In this document: positions 34,707-63,020 of the stretch, one piece after another
Layout of the letters: each line of letters begins with the position of its first letter
How positions within the stretch are numbered: position 1 is the first letter of the stretch
Source: the human T2T-CHM13v2.0 reference genome, Homo sapiens
Reading direction: 5' to 3' (one strand)
Assembly (NCBI RefSeq): GCF_009914755.1
Contig: NC_060946.1
DNA: 64,000 bases
Notes under the pieces: model-generated
The model's input: the letters and a program-made list of their open reading frames with translations, nothing else
The model's database searches: none
Told to the model about the DNA's origin: nothing
Position numbers and translations under genes: made by a program

Positions 34707-34742
34707 GTGTGTGTGTGTGTGTGTGTGCATGTGTGTGTGTGT
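34707..34742. repeat. (GT)n microsatellite in DMC1 intron 1
   Basis: Visible directly. Confidence 0.9.
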
Positions 34743-35227
34743 CCCCACATGCACACAGATGCCTGAGGGGCAAATTGGGGGGTGCTTATTTAGTTTCTTC
34801 TCTTTCCCCAACAGTGATCACTTATCATCTGGTTTCCATTGCACAGCTAATCATGACTTTATTACTGCCTTGAATGTTATTTAGAATTGCATATTGCTTT
34901 TAACCTTTCTTGTTTATGTTTAACAACAATACTCTAGGAACCTTGACATTATATCATTCTTCCTTGTGTCCTCCCTGACACCTCCAACTTTGTCCTCAAT
35001 AAATGGATTCTATTTTTCTCATCTATGATGAATGCCTTCCTGCCTGCTGATTATGAATGGGTACTCCTGTAACATCCACCTTTTTGTTTCATAGAACATT
35101 AGCTATACTTTCTTTCACAGTATTTACTAGTTTCATGATTTTTTTAAGATTTAAAAATATGGTGGTCCGGGTGTGGCGGCTCATGCCTGTAATCCCAGCA
35201 CTTTGGGAGGCCGAGACAGGCAGATCA

Positions 35228-35476
<249 letters not shown>

Positions 35477-36297
35477 TTAAGGCTGATAAGCAGTTAAAGT
35501 TTTTAACATTGTAGACTCAAAAAGAAATCTCAGGAATCCACAAGGCGTGATTGTGTTTATTTATTACAATAAAATGCGGTCCAAATCATCATTTTTCTTG
35601 GTCGATTCCATTTCCTCATTTGATACCAAAGTCAGGGGTTGGACCCTAGAACAAAGGGAACGAACCATTAATACTAAGGCAGGAGCAGGGTCCTACCACC
35701 CAGCACCTCAAACGGCAAAGGATGGAAGGCAACCGAGACCGTTCGGATGGGATCTTCGGGGACACTGTCCTTCAGATGGCTAGCTATGAGTACCCCAATT
35801 CCACATTTACTGTCCCCATCGAAGAGAAAAACAGCATTCATTTCTTCTCCCCGTGATGAAATGAAAAGATTGTCCCCCATCTCTCAAGGAGCCGTTGATA
35901 GACTGAACCGTTGGATTGAAAGTAGGGCTCCCCAATCCCCCGGTTTAAGACGACCCAGCTGTCCCCTCTGGTGGGGGCAGCAGCGCGGTCGGGTCGCCCT
36001 CGACGCCTCCCTCAGCAGGAGGCCTGGGCAGACCCCCTGCGGCCGCCGGACATTTTCCTGACACCGGATTCCCTGGTCAGGAGGATGAGGCGGGCTCTCC
36101 TAGACTCAGGTCCGATTCGATTGAAAATGAGGTTGGAAATCCCTCAAGATCACTAAAATTCCTCCCCAAAGGTCGGAGCGGAACGCTCAAAGTCACTAGC
36201 CCAGGGACCCCAAAAAAGGAGCGAGAAAGGGAAGCGCGCCTTCTCAAAACGAGCGTCCCCTCAGAGTCTTCGCACGCTGTTCGTTTTTGCCACTTAC

Positions 36298-36432
36298 CCC
36301 CCTCGTACCCACAGTCTCCCCGAGATTTTCAAGGTGAAGCCCCTCTGCCCCGCCCGACCTCCTCAGCTGACAGGATTCTAACTCGGGCCTAGAACACGGA
36401 GCCTGGAGACCCGCGCGCCGTTGACCACAGGG
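36298..36432 (-). other. DMC1: DMC1 exon 1 (non-coding 5' UTR); TSS approximate
   Basis: Strong donor GGG|GTAAGT (GT at 36297-36296) inside the CpG island, ~1.75 kb upstream of the ATG-containing exon. The 5' boundary is inferred from the promoter motifs. Confidence 0.75.
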
Positions 36433-36445
36433 TTTGGCGCCAAAC
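36432..36445. promoter_or_regulatory. Palindromic E2F site GTTTGGCGCCAAAC
   Basis: Perfect 14-bp palindrome containing TTTGGCGC on both strands, at the presumed TSS. Confidence 0.7.
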
Positions 36446-38029
36446 GAGGAGGGCGGGGCGAGGACCAAGGGGCCGGGGCGGGGCGCAGGGTGAGGGTGGA
36501 AGGGCGGGGAGGGAGCAGGCCTACAGAGGGCGACGAGGGGCGGGGAGCAATGGGGGCGGGGCGAAGACCGAAGGGCGGGGAACGAGCGGGCTCACAGGTG
36601 GGGGGACCAGAGGGCGTGGCCTGGAGGGGGCTCAGGGCGAGGGGGCGGGGCGAGGGCTGAGGGGCGGAAAACGAAGAGGAGCCCCAGCGGGTGGCGAGCT
36701 GGGATGACGGAGGGAGGGAGGGAGGGGCGCTGTGGAGGGAGCGCGCTGAGGAGCGGGGCCTTGAAGGGAGACCGTTGAGCTGGGGCGTCCCTCGAGCTGA
36801 GCACCTCGCTAAAGTCCGGGAGAAGACCCTGAGGCGGGGTTCTGAGGAGGTAGCCTTGAGTCGGGGGAGGGGCGATGAGCAGAGGTGGCTGACTTTGGCG
36901 ATAGGTCTTGGTCGCGAGGGTTGCAGATGGAGCCTTGGCTTAGAAGGTCGAATCCGGGCCCGTTTCCCCCCGCCCCCGCTGCCCATGGCTTCTCTTTTCA
37001 CCTCCAGGTTTTCATGCTGGCTTCAGAGTTTGGCCGTGCTCCCTCAGCGTTCCTAATTTCCCACTTTCTGACTCTCACCATTTGCCACTCTTGTCTGTGA
37101 TTGAGACACCCGAGGCCCATTCAGGATGGAGAGTAATTTTTTCTCTGTCTTAACTTGAAGTTTTAAATAGACCACAGACGCCAAGTATATTTTGGTTCAG
37201 CTTTTAAATAGAAGTCGCAGGCCAGCCTTCGTGCCAGCAGCGCCATCGCTGGCAGCATCCTCCTCCTCCCCTCACGCGGAGACTGACTTGGGGAGAGTCA
37301 GGAAACATTTGAGAGAGCAGCTGCCGAGGTGGAGGCTGTGATGTATCTTGGATGAATCTCTGTGCAAACAGTTCTTTGGGTTCAAGACCTAGTACAGGGC
37401 GATCCTTTTTGTTTTTTCTGTCTGAATCATTTTGGTGGAATAAATAGCAAAACATTCCCACAATAGCAGTTGGCATTTTGTGTAGGACGCACCCCCCCAA
37501 CAGGTGGATTGTTTTAAGAGCCAACAAATAACTGCCATTGTGCTTCCAAATCTGTTATTTTCCCCCAAACACAGTCGTCCTTGTTATATGGAGATGAATG
37601 CCCATTTGGGGGAGGAACTGGATAGTGGTGAAAGGCTTTCGCTCTGAGGCCTCACCTAAATAATTATGGGAACTTTTGAGCAACTCGTTAGGTGAAGACA
37701 TCAACAGTCTACAGAAGAGCTGCAAAGAGCACAGCAAGATGATTTAGGGAAATATAACATATGTAGTTTGGTGTAGTGACAGCTGGGAGAGAGAAATGTT
37801 CATAATATTTGAAGGTTGTGTGCAGTACACTTAAAAAAACTAAAATGAGCTGGGTAATGACAAATTCATGAAGGGAGGAGAAAAATCTTATCTGGGTATC
37901 ATATCGATGGTTAGAGACAACTTTTAAGATATTTAAAACAACAACAAACTCTAGGACAGTTAAAAAGTGCACATGAAGACTTTCCACTAAAATCGGAACC
38001 AAAAAAATTGTCTTTCGTATCATACAAAA

Positions 38030-38330
38030 ACTCTGAATATCATGAAGGTGGCATTTCACATCAGTGGAGAAATGATGAATTCAGTGAATAGTGTTAGAAC
38101 AACTAGGTAACCATCTGGAAGAAAAATAAAATTGGAACCACACTTTACACATTATACCAAAATAAATTCCAGACAGATCAAAAAATTAAATCTGAACAAT
38201 AAAATAATAAAAGTACTAGAAGAAAATATGGGATATTTAAAATTACTTTGTAATAAGAAACATCTTTTTAAGTATGCTACAAAACTCAGAAGCCATGAAA
38301 GATTGTTAAGTATGCTTATATTTAAAAAAA
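38030..38330 (+). mobile_element. Old L1M ORF2 fragment
   Basis: ORF 38132..38374 resembles the L1 ORF2 C-terminus ([15 protein letters not shown]...IKVLEENMG). Confidence 0.7.
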
Positions 38331-38779
38331 TATATCCTGCATGGCAAAATGGTACTTTCCTATCCACAATATAGAACATGGCAAACCAGAGCTTTTGTGT
38401 CAATTATTAACTGGATAATATAGCTTGCCTAATTTTTCAAATCCTTCAGGAAGTCCACAATTTCTCTACACAATTTTAAAATTTTGTGTCTTTTTATGAT
38501 ATTTTTAGAAATAAAAAAATAGGCAGTGGGATTATAGTTAAGACCTGAATTTTAAACTATTACACTTTACTGCCCCTCCGTGGACAGTCACCTTATAACC
38601 AAATAGAGGCACAGGATTCCAGCGCGTATAGTTGGGCTTCTACAAAGTGATGCTTGCTGATACATATTCTTGAAATTTCAAGAGCTTGAATTTGAGAAAT
38701 GCTTTAGTAGAGAACTAAAGAATGAAGGCTCATCACGTACAAATTTCACTGGGTAGAATTCCCCTTAAAAATATTTGTT

Positions 38780-43054
<4,275 letters not shown>

Positions 43055-43417
43055 TGTGTATATATATATATGTAAATATATATACACATATAATATACAT
43101 AATATACAGTATTTAATACATAAAACATTTATATATAACTTTTATGTGTACGTATAACCCACAAAATATGTATAAAACACATACATGTTTATATTTATGT
43201 ATATATAAAATAATCCTTTTGGGCTTTGTCATTTATTGTCTATCTTATAGAAGTATGTTATATCTCAATATATTAAAAGTTTATGTAAATGGTTATTTAT
43301 AAAAGAAGTTTAAGCTAAACCAGAAATTCATTTGTGCCTAGATATTTGTACTTCTTTAAATCTTGTTCCAGGTAATGTGTTCCTTTAAAGGCTGTATGTA
43401 AATGAAAATATTTACTA

Positions 43418-44039
<622 letters not shown>

Positions 44040-44629
44040 TAAAATTTATTTGGTTAACGATGAAGACACAAACACACACAGTAGCCTAGGCCTACACAGG
44101 GTCAGGATCATTAATATCACTGTCTTCCACTTCCACATCTTTGTCCCACTGGAAGGTCTCTGCGGCAATTACATGCATGCAGCAGTCATCACCTATGATA
44201 ACAATGCCTTCTTCTGGAATACCTCCTGAAGGACCTACCTGAGGCTGTTTTACAGTTAACATTTTTTTTAATAAATAGGAGTACACCATAAAATAATGAT
44301 AAAAACTATAAGATAGTAAATACATAAACCATAGCTAAAGAACACTGAAAATTAAATAATGAAATAAATAAAACATAAACCAGTAACAGTCATTTATTAC
44401 CATTACACCAGTATTGTGTACTATATTTTATATGACTGGCAGGCAACACAGTACATTTGTTCACACCAACATCACCACAAACACGTGACTAATGCGTTAC
44501 GCTATGACATTACGAAGGCTAAGAGTCGCTAGGTGATAGGAATTGTTTAGTTCCATTATAATCTTATGGGACCACCGTCATATATTCAGTCAGCTGCTGA
44601 CTGAAACATCGTTACGTGGTGCATGACTG
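44040..44629 (-). mobile_element. Tigger3b-like DNA transposon, 5' half
   Basis: Minus strand begins cagtcatgcaccacgtaacgatgtttcagtc...ggtggtcccataagattataatgg. Confidence 0.8.
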
Positions 44630-44769
44630 TGTGTATGTATACACACACATACATGTATATTTAATAGTCATTTTGGGCTTTCTCATTTTTTCAGTCCAAA
44701 TTTGAAAAACTTTTTAACTTCAGCACATAGGTGTCCAAGAGAGGCTTGCTATGACAGTTTATTTTACTA

Positions 44770-45590
44770 GCATTTATTCAACACTGCTCAATTCCACGTC
44801 TCTGCTGGATATAAAGACAGGTAGGTACCTGCCCTCAAGGAGCCATGAGTCTAGTAGAGAAGACAATGCAGAAAGAGATAATCACCACACAAGGCAGGAT
44901 GAGAGGGATTAGACATGCAGCTGGGAACCAAGTAGAGGCTCTCTCTGGGGTTGCGGGGATGGTGGCCCTTAGCTTGGGGCTGGATCAGTGAGGATTTGTC
45001 AATCGGGCAGGGCGGGAAAGGCAGAAGGAACACAGAGGCTTATTTGGGGAACTGCAAGTGGTTCTGGTGGAGGATTTTAATTTCAAAATTAAAGGAGAGA
45101 GGCCAAAAGGAACGAGTATTTGTTGAACACCCAATAATGATCATGATAGCCAGTACATGCTGCACTTACCATGTGTCAGGCACTGTTCTAAGTGCCTCCC
45201 ACAGATTCATGCATCCACTCCTCACACAGACACCATGAGGCACAACAATTATCACCCCTATTTACACGATGGAACTGGGGCACCAGGAGGTTAAGTAACT
45301 TGCCTGAGGCTCACAGTCTGGCTCCAGTGACCATGCTCTTAACTGACATGCTAAACCACTATATGGCAGGCTTGTATATTCATATCTTGACTTTATTTTC
45401 CTGTCATAAGTACACATAGGAGCAGCAACTAAGCCAGACATAGAGCACACTTCAGCCATTCACTAGCTGTGTGGTCTTGGGAAAATTATTTAACCTCTCT
45501 GTGCCTGAGTTTCGGTATCTGAAAACCAAGAATAATATCGGCGCTGAGTTGTGAGAATTAAATGGGTTAATACACATGAAGTATGTGGGC
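44770..45590. mobile_element. L2 and MIR fragments
   Basis: MIR core (aggttaagtaacttgcc; aacctctctgtgcctgagtttc) and L2-like sequence. Confidence 0.6.
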
Positions 45591-45809
45591 TCCTGTGTGG
45601 AGAACTGATTGGAGGGGCAAGAGAAAGGGCAAAGAGAATGCTAGGAGAATATTGTATAACAGAAGTCCCAAGCCAGGAGTAATGGTGCTTTAAACAAGAA
45701 GAGCCTCAATTTGAAAATGGGGGAAATTGTACCTCATTCACAGGGCTTTAGTGAGACCACAATAAAAGTGTGTAAAATATGCTTAGAAGTGTCCATGGTA
45801 GATGCCTTT

Positions 45810-48730
<2,921 letters not shown>

Positions 48731-49455
48731 CTTTTTAAATGTTAGTTCCCTTTGATGCTCTACCCCGCTTCCCTTATAAAGGGCAAATAATTCTTCCCCA
48801 TAATTTTCCCTTCTAATGTTTACAAAGGGCAGAGACAGGTTTCTTCATATTTAACATCCTGAGAGGCTACAACTCTGAGTCCTCAGTCATTTCTGGAAAG
48901 GGTCCATGCAGGGATGATCTTGGACTGTGCAACAAATGGTCCTGACAGACAGAAATGCAGTTTGTCCTGGGCTTAGAAAATAAGGAGACCTTCTTGCTGT
49001 ATGGGGGCTAATAGTAGCGGTGGATAGGTAGACAGGCAATTCCAATCTACTATGGTAACTGCTGCCATAATGGGATGGCACAGAATGCTGTTGGAGCATA
49101 ATGCAGTGGAGCACTTGTGCCTACCTTGCTCCTGGTATATTAGGGAAGGCTCCCAAGATGAGGGACGTCTAAGCGGGGTCCTGGAGGAAGAGCAGGAATT
49201 AGTGATGTTGGCAGTTAACAAAGAGGAGGGAGGAGAAGGCATTTTCAGGTCCAGAAGCAGCAACAGACAAAAGATCCAGAAATAGGAAAGTGTGGTTCCT
49301 AGAGAAACTGCAAATGAAGAGTTGACAGTGGCTGGGGTAGTAAAGGGAAGGTGAGAGAGTGTTCTGCTTATCTGCCCCACATGGTGCCTTGTACTCGGCA
49401 GGTGCTCACACGTTCTGGTTTCAGAAGACTATACTTTTTTTTTTTTTTTTTTTGA

Positions 49456-49560
<105 letters not shown>

Positions 49561-49571
49561 TGAGTAGCTGA

Positions 49572-49949
<378 letters not shown>

Positions 49950-50727
49950 TGAAGCAGGGCAGGGATTCAAAGGCCCAAATTTTCTCATGCCAAAGCCTAA
50001 GCTCCTTCTCTCTTACCTTTCCTTCATCCCCTTTTACATGAGTAATAGCCTCCAAGGGGGTCACCTAGAGTTCTACTCAGGATTCAAGTAAAGATGTGTG
50101 TCTGAGGGATGAGCTACATTTCCCAAGATCTGCTTATCTGCTGCTTGGTTTGGGCAAACAGCCATCTGCACCATTTCTTTCCTCTTGGCTGTGACAGGTG
50201 AACTGTTCTAGCACAGACCAGGTCACTGCCTTGTGCCTTGAAGCTCAAATGATAAAACCTATGCCCTTCAGCCCAGCTGCTGGTCCTTTGGCAAACCAAC
50301 CCCTGTGCCTGTGCCCCTCAGTGAAATATCTTCTGTCCCAAAGGGCTGCTGGCACACTGGCTTCATCTGCCTTGGTTTTTCTCAGATTCCACGCAGCTTT
50401 CTATCGGAGCATTAATGCATTTATTGGTTTACACATCCTTCTCTTTTTTCCAGATTGTGAGCCCCATAAGGTCAGGGACTGTGTCTTTATTTATCTCTGT
50501 ATTCACAGGGCCTAGTGCAGGGATGGTACAGAATAGACATCTAGCAAATACCTAATCATCCCCCCCAAGTCCGTTTCTTCCTAGGAGAAAATGGAGGTAA
50601 CAATATCCATCTTGGGGGACACCAGGAAGGTTAACTGAGATAATGTCTAAACCAGACTTAGCAGAGCACTCAGCACATACTAAGTACTCAATAAATGACA
50701 TCACCTATGATTACTATTATTATGTTA

Positions 50728-51358
<631 letters not shown>

Positions 51359-52388
51359 TAATTTAAAATTTTTTAATTAAAAAAATTAATTTACATTTAA
51401 ATCCTGACTTTTGCTATGGTAGGAATGAACTTTACTATTCCTTGTCTCATGAACTGGGAGTGACTAAATGTGTCCCTAGTTGCAGTATTATTTTTTGTTT
51501 TCTTATTTCTATTTTAGATTAAATCAGACAACATGTGCATGCTTTACCTATAAAGTTTCTCTCAATTCTTGGACAAAGATTCACTCAAATGAGCTGGAAG
51601 GTGAGAGGTTAAGAAGGCAGAAGCCTGGGAGTCACACAGAAACACATTACAGATGTCATGTCCCTGGGCTGAGTTTAGAAAAGACAAGATGTTTGCCAGG
51701 CAGAAAGAGGGCATATTGGAAATAGGCTGGCAATCCCAGTGGTTAGAGGAGCAGGAGGCAAAGGTTCAGAGGCAGCATAATAGAAGCGCCTATCAAATTA
51801 TCAAATTAATAGTTCCACAAAGCTTGTTACAAAAAATTGCACTCCTCTAGGCCCATTTTCCTTTTCCCTCACAACACTTTTCTCTTTTTCCTCTGTCCAA
51901 TACTTACAGCATTTAATGTGTTGATACATCTGTCTTCCCTCTACCAGATGGTGACTCCCTTGAGAACAGGGACTGTGTCTTATCTACTGTTAATTACCCA
52001 GTGTCTACAGCAGAGAACTTCGGAAACCTTTCTAAACCTGGGCTTGCTGCTGCGTAAAATGCAGTGGATAATCCCTACTTCATACGGCTGGTATGAAAGT
52101 TTTACCTTTGTATGAGGTCATATTTGTAACATACTTACCAGCATGCACGTAATAAAATACTGAAAGAGTAAATCTATGAATAAATGTAGTGACCCAAGCA
52201 CCAACTCTCTACTCCTGCTTTTCACTCAGCCTAGGAAAAACTACAACGGAATCCTTCCCCTATGGAGAAATCATGATTCCTATTTCTGTCTTTGGCCACA
52301 ATTTTCTTATTTTCTTGTTCCACTCCACCTCGTAGCAGAAATATCACGGATTCTGTAGGCGCTTCCTGGTTCTAGGTTGTGGAGCTCC

Positions 52389-52664
<276 letters not shown>

Positions 52665-53284
52665 TCATCTTTCACCAGTACTGACAGGAACACTGCTGTG
52701 ACGGATCTGAACTGGGCCCCAAAAACCTCTAGGTAGCAGGCAGGTACTACTCCATTGGAGGTGACATCCCTCTGGTGACGCTGAAAACCTGGATTGTGTT
52801 TTCTAACTCTGTCTATCTGCTTCACACCTCCAGATGTGAATCTTCAGAATATTATTTGCTGGGCTATGGGATGGAGACTAGTCTCACAAGCCTAAAGGAC
52901 TTCCTTTAATATTTCACGAAAGCATTACATTTATTTTTTTCTTTCTTTTTTGGGACGGAGTATCGCTCTGTTGCCAGGCTGGAGTGCAGTGGCGCGATCT
53001 CGGCTCACTGCAACCTCTGACTCCCGGGTTCAAGTGATTTTCCTGCCTCAGCTTCTCAAGTAGCTGGGATTATAGGCATGCACCACCATGCCCAGCTAAT
53101 TTGTTTTTTGTATTTTTTTTTTTAGTAGAGACAGGGTTTCACTATGTTGACCAAGATAGTCTCAATCTCCTGACCTCGTGATCCGCCTGCCTTGGCCTCC
53201 CAAAGTGCTGAAATTACAGGCATGAGCCACTGTGCCTGGCCTACACTTCTTCTATTTAGGTTCACTGTCCGTATTTGGAAAGAA

Positions 53285-54920
<1,636 letters not shown>

Positions 54921-54975
54921 TCACGCCTGTAATCCTAGAACTTTGGGAGGCCGAGACGGGTGGATCACGAGGTCA

Positions 54976-55618
<643 letters not shown>

Positions 55619-57054
55619 AAAAGAAAAGAAATATATATACAGATGCCAAGAGGAGAATGAAGAAAGATAAGAAAATTAAAGGATCAGTCCAGCAGGTCTG
55701 ACAATTGACTATCATAGTTCCAGAAATAGCAAAGAAAATGAAGGAAATTTTCTAAGAAATAATACAAGCAAAATTCTCAGAATTGAAGGACTCTACCCTC
55801 TGGACTGAGAGCACTCCCGACCTCAGTGACGCATATTAAGAAAAGGACTCATACCAAGGTATATCATTGTGAAACTTCAGGATACTAAGAATGAAGACAA
55901 TATCCTAGAAGTTCCCACAGCTGGGAAGACAGTGACCCACAAAGCCATAGGAATCAGAATAGCGTGAGACTTCTCAACAGTAAAAGCAGCAGGCAGGAAA
56001 AATTCTCCAAAATTCTGTAGAATATTGACTTTTAACTTAGAATTTTATTTCCAGCAAAACATTTGCCAAATATCCATCAAGAACAAAGACATTTTTTCAT
56101 GTCTGTAATCCCAGCACTTTGGGAGGCCAAGGCGAGAGGACTGCTTCAGCTCGGGAGTTCGAGACCAGCCTGGGCAACACAGCAAGATCTCATCTCTTAA
56201 ATAATTATTTTAAAAATAGAACAAAGGGCCGGGAATGGTGGCTCACACCTGTAATCCCAGGGCTTTGGGAGGCTGAGGCGGGCGGATCACCTGAGGTCAA
56301 GAGTTTGAGACTAGCCTGGCCAACATGGTGAAACCTCATCTCTGCTACACAAAACAAAACAAAACAAAACAAAACAAAACAAAAAAACGAAAAAAATTAG
56401 CTGGGCATGGTGGCACGCGCCTGTAGTCCCAGCTACTCAGGGAGGCTGAGGCAGGAGAACTGCTTAGACCCAGGAGGAGGAAGTTGCAGTGAGCCAAGAT
56501 TGTGCCACTACACTCCAGCCTGGGTGACAGAAGGAGACTCCATCTCAAAAAAAAAAAAAAAAAAAAAAGATGTTTTGGATATGCAAAGACTCAAATAATT
56601 TCCCATATACCTTCGTTTTGGGAACTGCTAGAAGATGTGCTCCAGCAAAGTGGACATGGCTTTTTAGGTCAGGACTATAAGGAGACAGACTTGGGCTGTC
56701 CATGGCCCTGAGGCAGAGGCAGCTTGAAAAAGAAGTCAGCCCACAGAAGGGAAGAGGATCAAGAGACAGACAGAGAAAGAGCCTGAAAATATCAAGCTGT
56801 CAGGTCTAATATGCCTGCAGATGGCCTATCATGACCTTCCCAGTTATTTAAGCTGCTACATTCTCCTTCCATTTAAGCTAGTTTGAGCTGGCTTCCTGGC
56901 ACATGCAACCAAGGAGCTCTGTCTCATACAGTTCATGAAGTACATAGGCCAACACTTGGTACAGAGGAAGTACAAAATCATTAGTAGCCCTTACTACTAC
57001 CAATAATAACACTAAAACTAAAATGAGAGTGGTGTGAGTAATACATAAAAGTAA

Positions 57055-57329
<275 letters not shown>

Positions 57330-57427
57330 TGAGCCACAGTGCCTGGCCATAAGTGAACTTTTATATGCTCTTTCCTGTGTTTTAAGAATTTTCCAGCCTG
57401 GGCAACATAGTGATACCCCCAACTCTA

Positions 57428-57877
<450 letters not shown>

Positions 57878-58185
57878 CTATAAACTGATAGATCCACGTG
57901 ACCATTTACAAAACATGCATTGAAGTATAACATAGAAACTAGGAGTGCACAGATTCTAAGTGTGCAGCTCAAGAAATTTTCATATACTGAGCACGCCCAT
58001 GTAACCAGCACTCGGATCGAGAAAGAGAACGCTGCCAGCTCCTTAGAAGCTGTCTCACATCCCTGCTCAGTCACTATCCTACTTCCTTAAGAGCAACCCT
58101 GCCCTGATGTCTAGTAGCACAGTTGTGTTTTAAGGCACCGCTTTTATCTGTAGACAAAACTTTGAGAATCACTTTATTAATATAA

Positions 58186-58449
<264 letters not shown>

Positions 58450-59607
58450 TGATCCGCCCACCTCGGCCTCCCCAAGTGCTGGGATTACAGGCGTGAACCA
58501 CTGCGCCCAGCAACAGTATCTTAAACAACAAAAAGTGATGTATTTAGCAATGCAACTGCTAACACACAGTTACAAACTTCCTCTTGACAAAAAAATCTTT
58601 ACTATAATTCACCTAATGAGAATTTATTTATTAAACAAGAGTATCCTTTATTTCTGAAATATATAAGCTATAAACTTAATCCTGGATATTCTATATGAAT
58701 TTAATGTTAATTTTAAACTAGTTCTGAACTTTAAAACGTTCTGGCCATGGAATGGAAGGGTTATTTGCAACTTCCAGAAGAAATGCATTTCTTTGGACTC
58801 ATCTTCCTTTGAACTGGATGAAATGTGGACGTGGTGGCTGGAACTTGAGCAGCCATTTCTTACCATGAAGTTAAATCATGGGCTGAAGCTAAATCATGGG
58901 CTGAAGCTAGTGGAACAATATGATAAAAGATCTTGAGACCCTGTCACTATGAACTTTCATATCTACTGGAGTCCTTGTAAATGAGAGAAAAGAAATTGTA
59001 ATAAATTTTAGCCACTGTTTGAGTTTTTCTGTCACTCTAAGCCAAACCTAATTATAACTGATACAATTACCTACCTATGGGCCTAGTTCTGAGAAAAGTC
59101 TTTACAGACCTTAATTTATTTGATCAATACAACCCTACAAAGTAGGAAATACTATCAAATGACTGAAGTACAACAAAACGACTGAGGATCAGTGAGGTGT
59201 GTGCAAATAACCCTTCCATTTTTATTCCATGGCTAAAACTTAGCCCCATAGCCAGACCTGCCTGTGGGCTTAAAAAGGCAAAAATAGTTTAATAGTCCAT
59301 GGTCACAGAACCAGTAAGTAAAAAGACCTGTATCCCAACCTTAGCCTCTGCCATTCCATGGATCCCGCCATCAAGGCTTGTTACGACTATTGGGAGAGAC
59401 AGATATGAGAGCAATCATAATGCCTGGTGCCCAGAAGGTGCTGAAAATCTGTTGGGACAATGAACTACAGAATAAATAAAGCATAATGGACTGGGCGCAG
59501 TGGCTCACGCCTATAATCCCAGCACTTCGGGAGGCTGAGGCAGGCAGATTACAAGGTCAGGAGATCAAGACCATCCTGGCTAACACGGTGAAACCCCGTC
59601 TCTACTA

Positions 59608-59769
<162 letters not shown>

Positions 59770-59975
59770 CTAAAACAAAACAAAACAAAACAAAAAAAGA
59801 ATAAATAAAGCATAATGAACAACAGTTACAGAGGCAGAAGCAAAGAGCCCCAAAGAGCAGTCCCTATGTCTTCTCCCTTCTCCATCCCGACCCTCTCCTC
59901 CCTCACCTACATGTTCAATCTCTCCCCCTTCACACAGGCTTGGGTCTTCTACCTTATGTTTATTTATTTATTTAG

Positions 59976-60194
<219 letters not shown>

Positions 60195-61176
60195 TGATCC
60201 ACCCGCCTCGGCCTCCCAAAGTGCTGGGATTACAGGTGTGAGCTACTGTGACCAGCCTTCTACCTTATGTTTAAATAGCCCCTGTTACTTACCATCTGAT
60301 CTTGCCTTTTTGATGCAGAATTTTATTCCTTCTGCTTCCTAGGAATCCCATCCATCCACAGGGACTTACATCTTCCCCTTCACGTCCCAGGCTCTGCCTT
60401 CCGACTTTAGCCTTGTTGAGACTGCCCTCTACCAAGTCGCCTACCTGTCTCTGCCCCACGTTTTGGAGTCTGGCCACTACATTGCTGCTTGCTGCTTCCC
60501 TACTGTCCTTTGTCCCCTTGGCTTTATGGTCAGTGTGTCTGCATATATGGACTCTCCTCCTTCCCTTCTGGTCACTCCTCCCCTTACAGAATATTCTGTC
60601 CTCCCTGACTTATGTGGTTGCCCTCCAAGATTGTCCTCAACCTCAGCTTCCACATCTGTAAAATGGGGATAAGTAAATAATTGTACCACTTTAAACACAC
60701 TGTCTTATAACCTACACTTCGGTCCAATAATATGTTGTGACCATCTTTCCTTGTAAAACAAAAATAGAGGGAGGTTTTTCTTGGCTGCAGAGTATGGAGG
60801 TATGATAGTTTTATTTAACCAATCATCTTTTGATGAACATTAATGCTGAACTGCATTCCTGTGGTGTTGGTGGTGGTGATGTCTAATGGGGTTTTGTGAA
60901 TGTGTGTGGTCTGTGTCCCATAATATTTTATAAATAACTCAATTGTGGCCGGGTGCGGTGGCTCATGCCTGTAATCCCAGCACTTTGGGAGGCTGAGGTG
61001 AGCAGATCATGAGGTCAAGAGGTCAAGACCATCCTGGCCAACATGGTGAAACCCAGTCTCTACTAAAAATGCAAAATTAAAAGGCCAGGCATGGTGGCTA
61101 ACGCCTGTAATCCCAGCACTTTGGGAGGCCGAGGGGGGTGGATCACGAGGTCAGGGGATCGAGACCATCCTGGCTA

Positions 61177-61710
<534 letters not shown>

Positions 61711-61719
61711 TTATGGAAA

Positions 61720-63020
<1,301 letters not shown>

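Larger units (their letters stand above)
35930..36980. promoter_or_regulatory. DMC1: CpG-island promoter of DMC1 with multiple GC boxes
   Basis: High GC and CpG content, repeated GGGCGG, contains exon 1. Confidence 0.9.

Noticed and set aside
36378-37056. 207-aa and 121-aa Pro/Arg/Gly-rich ORFs
   Set aside because: Stop-poor reading frames expected in a GC-rich CpG island, with no recognisable domain.
37232-37256. Possible CTCF site or hairpin (tgccagcagcgccatcgctggcagc)
   Set aside because: Only the 3' half of the CTCF core matches. It cannot be supported without ChIP data.
58866-58909. 18-bp tandem duplication (taaatcatgggctgaagc)
   Set aside because: Simple slippage duplication inside a decayed LTR fragment, with no functional hint.
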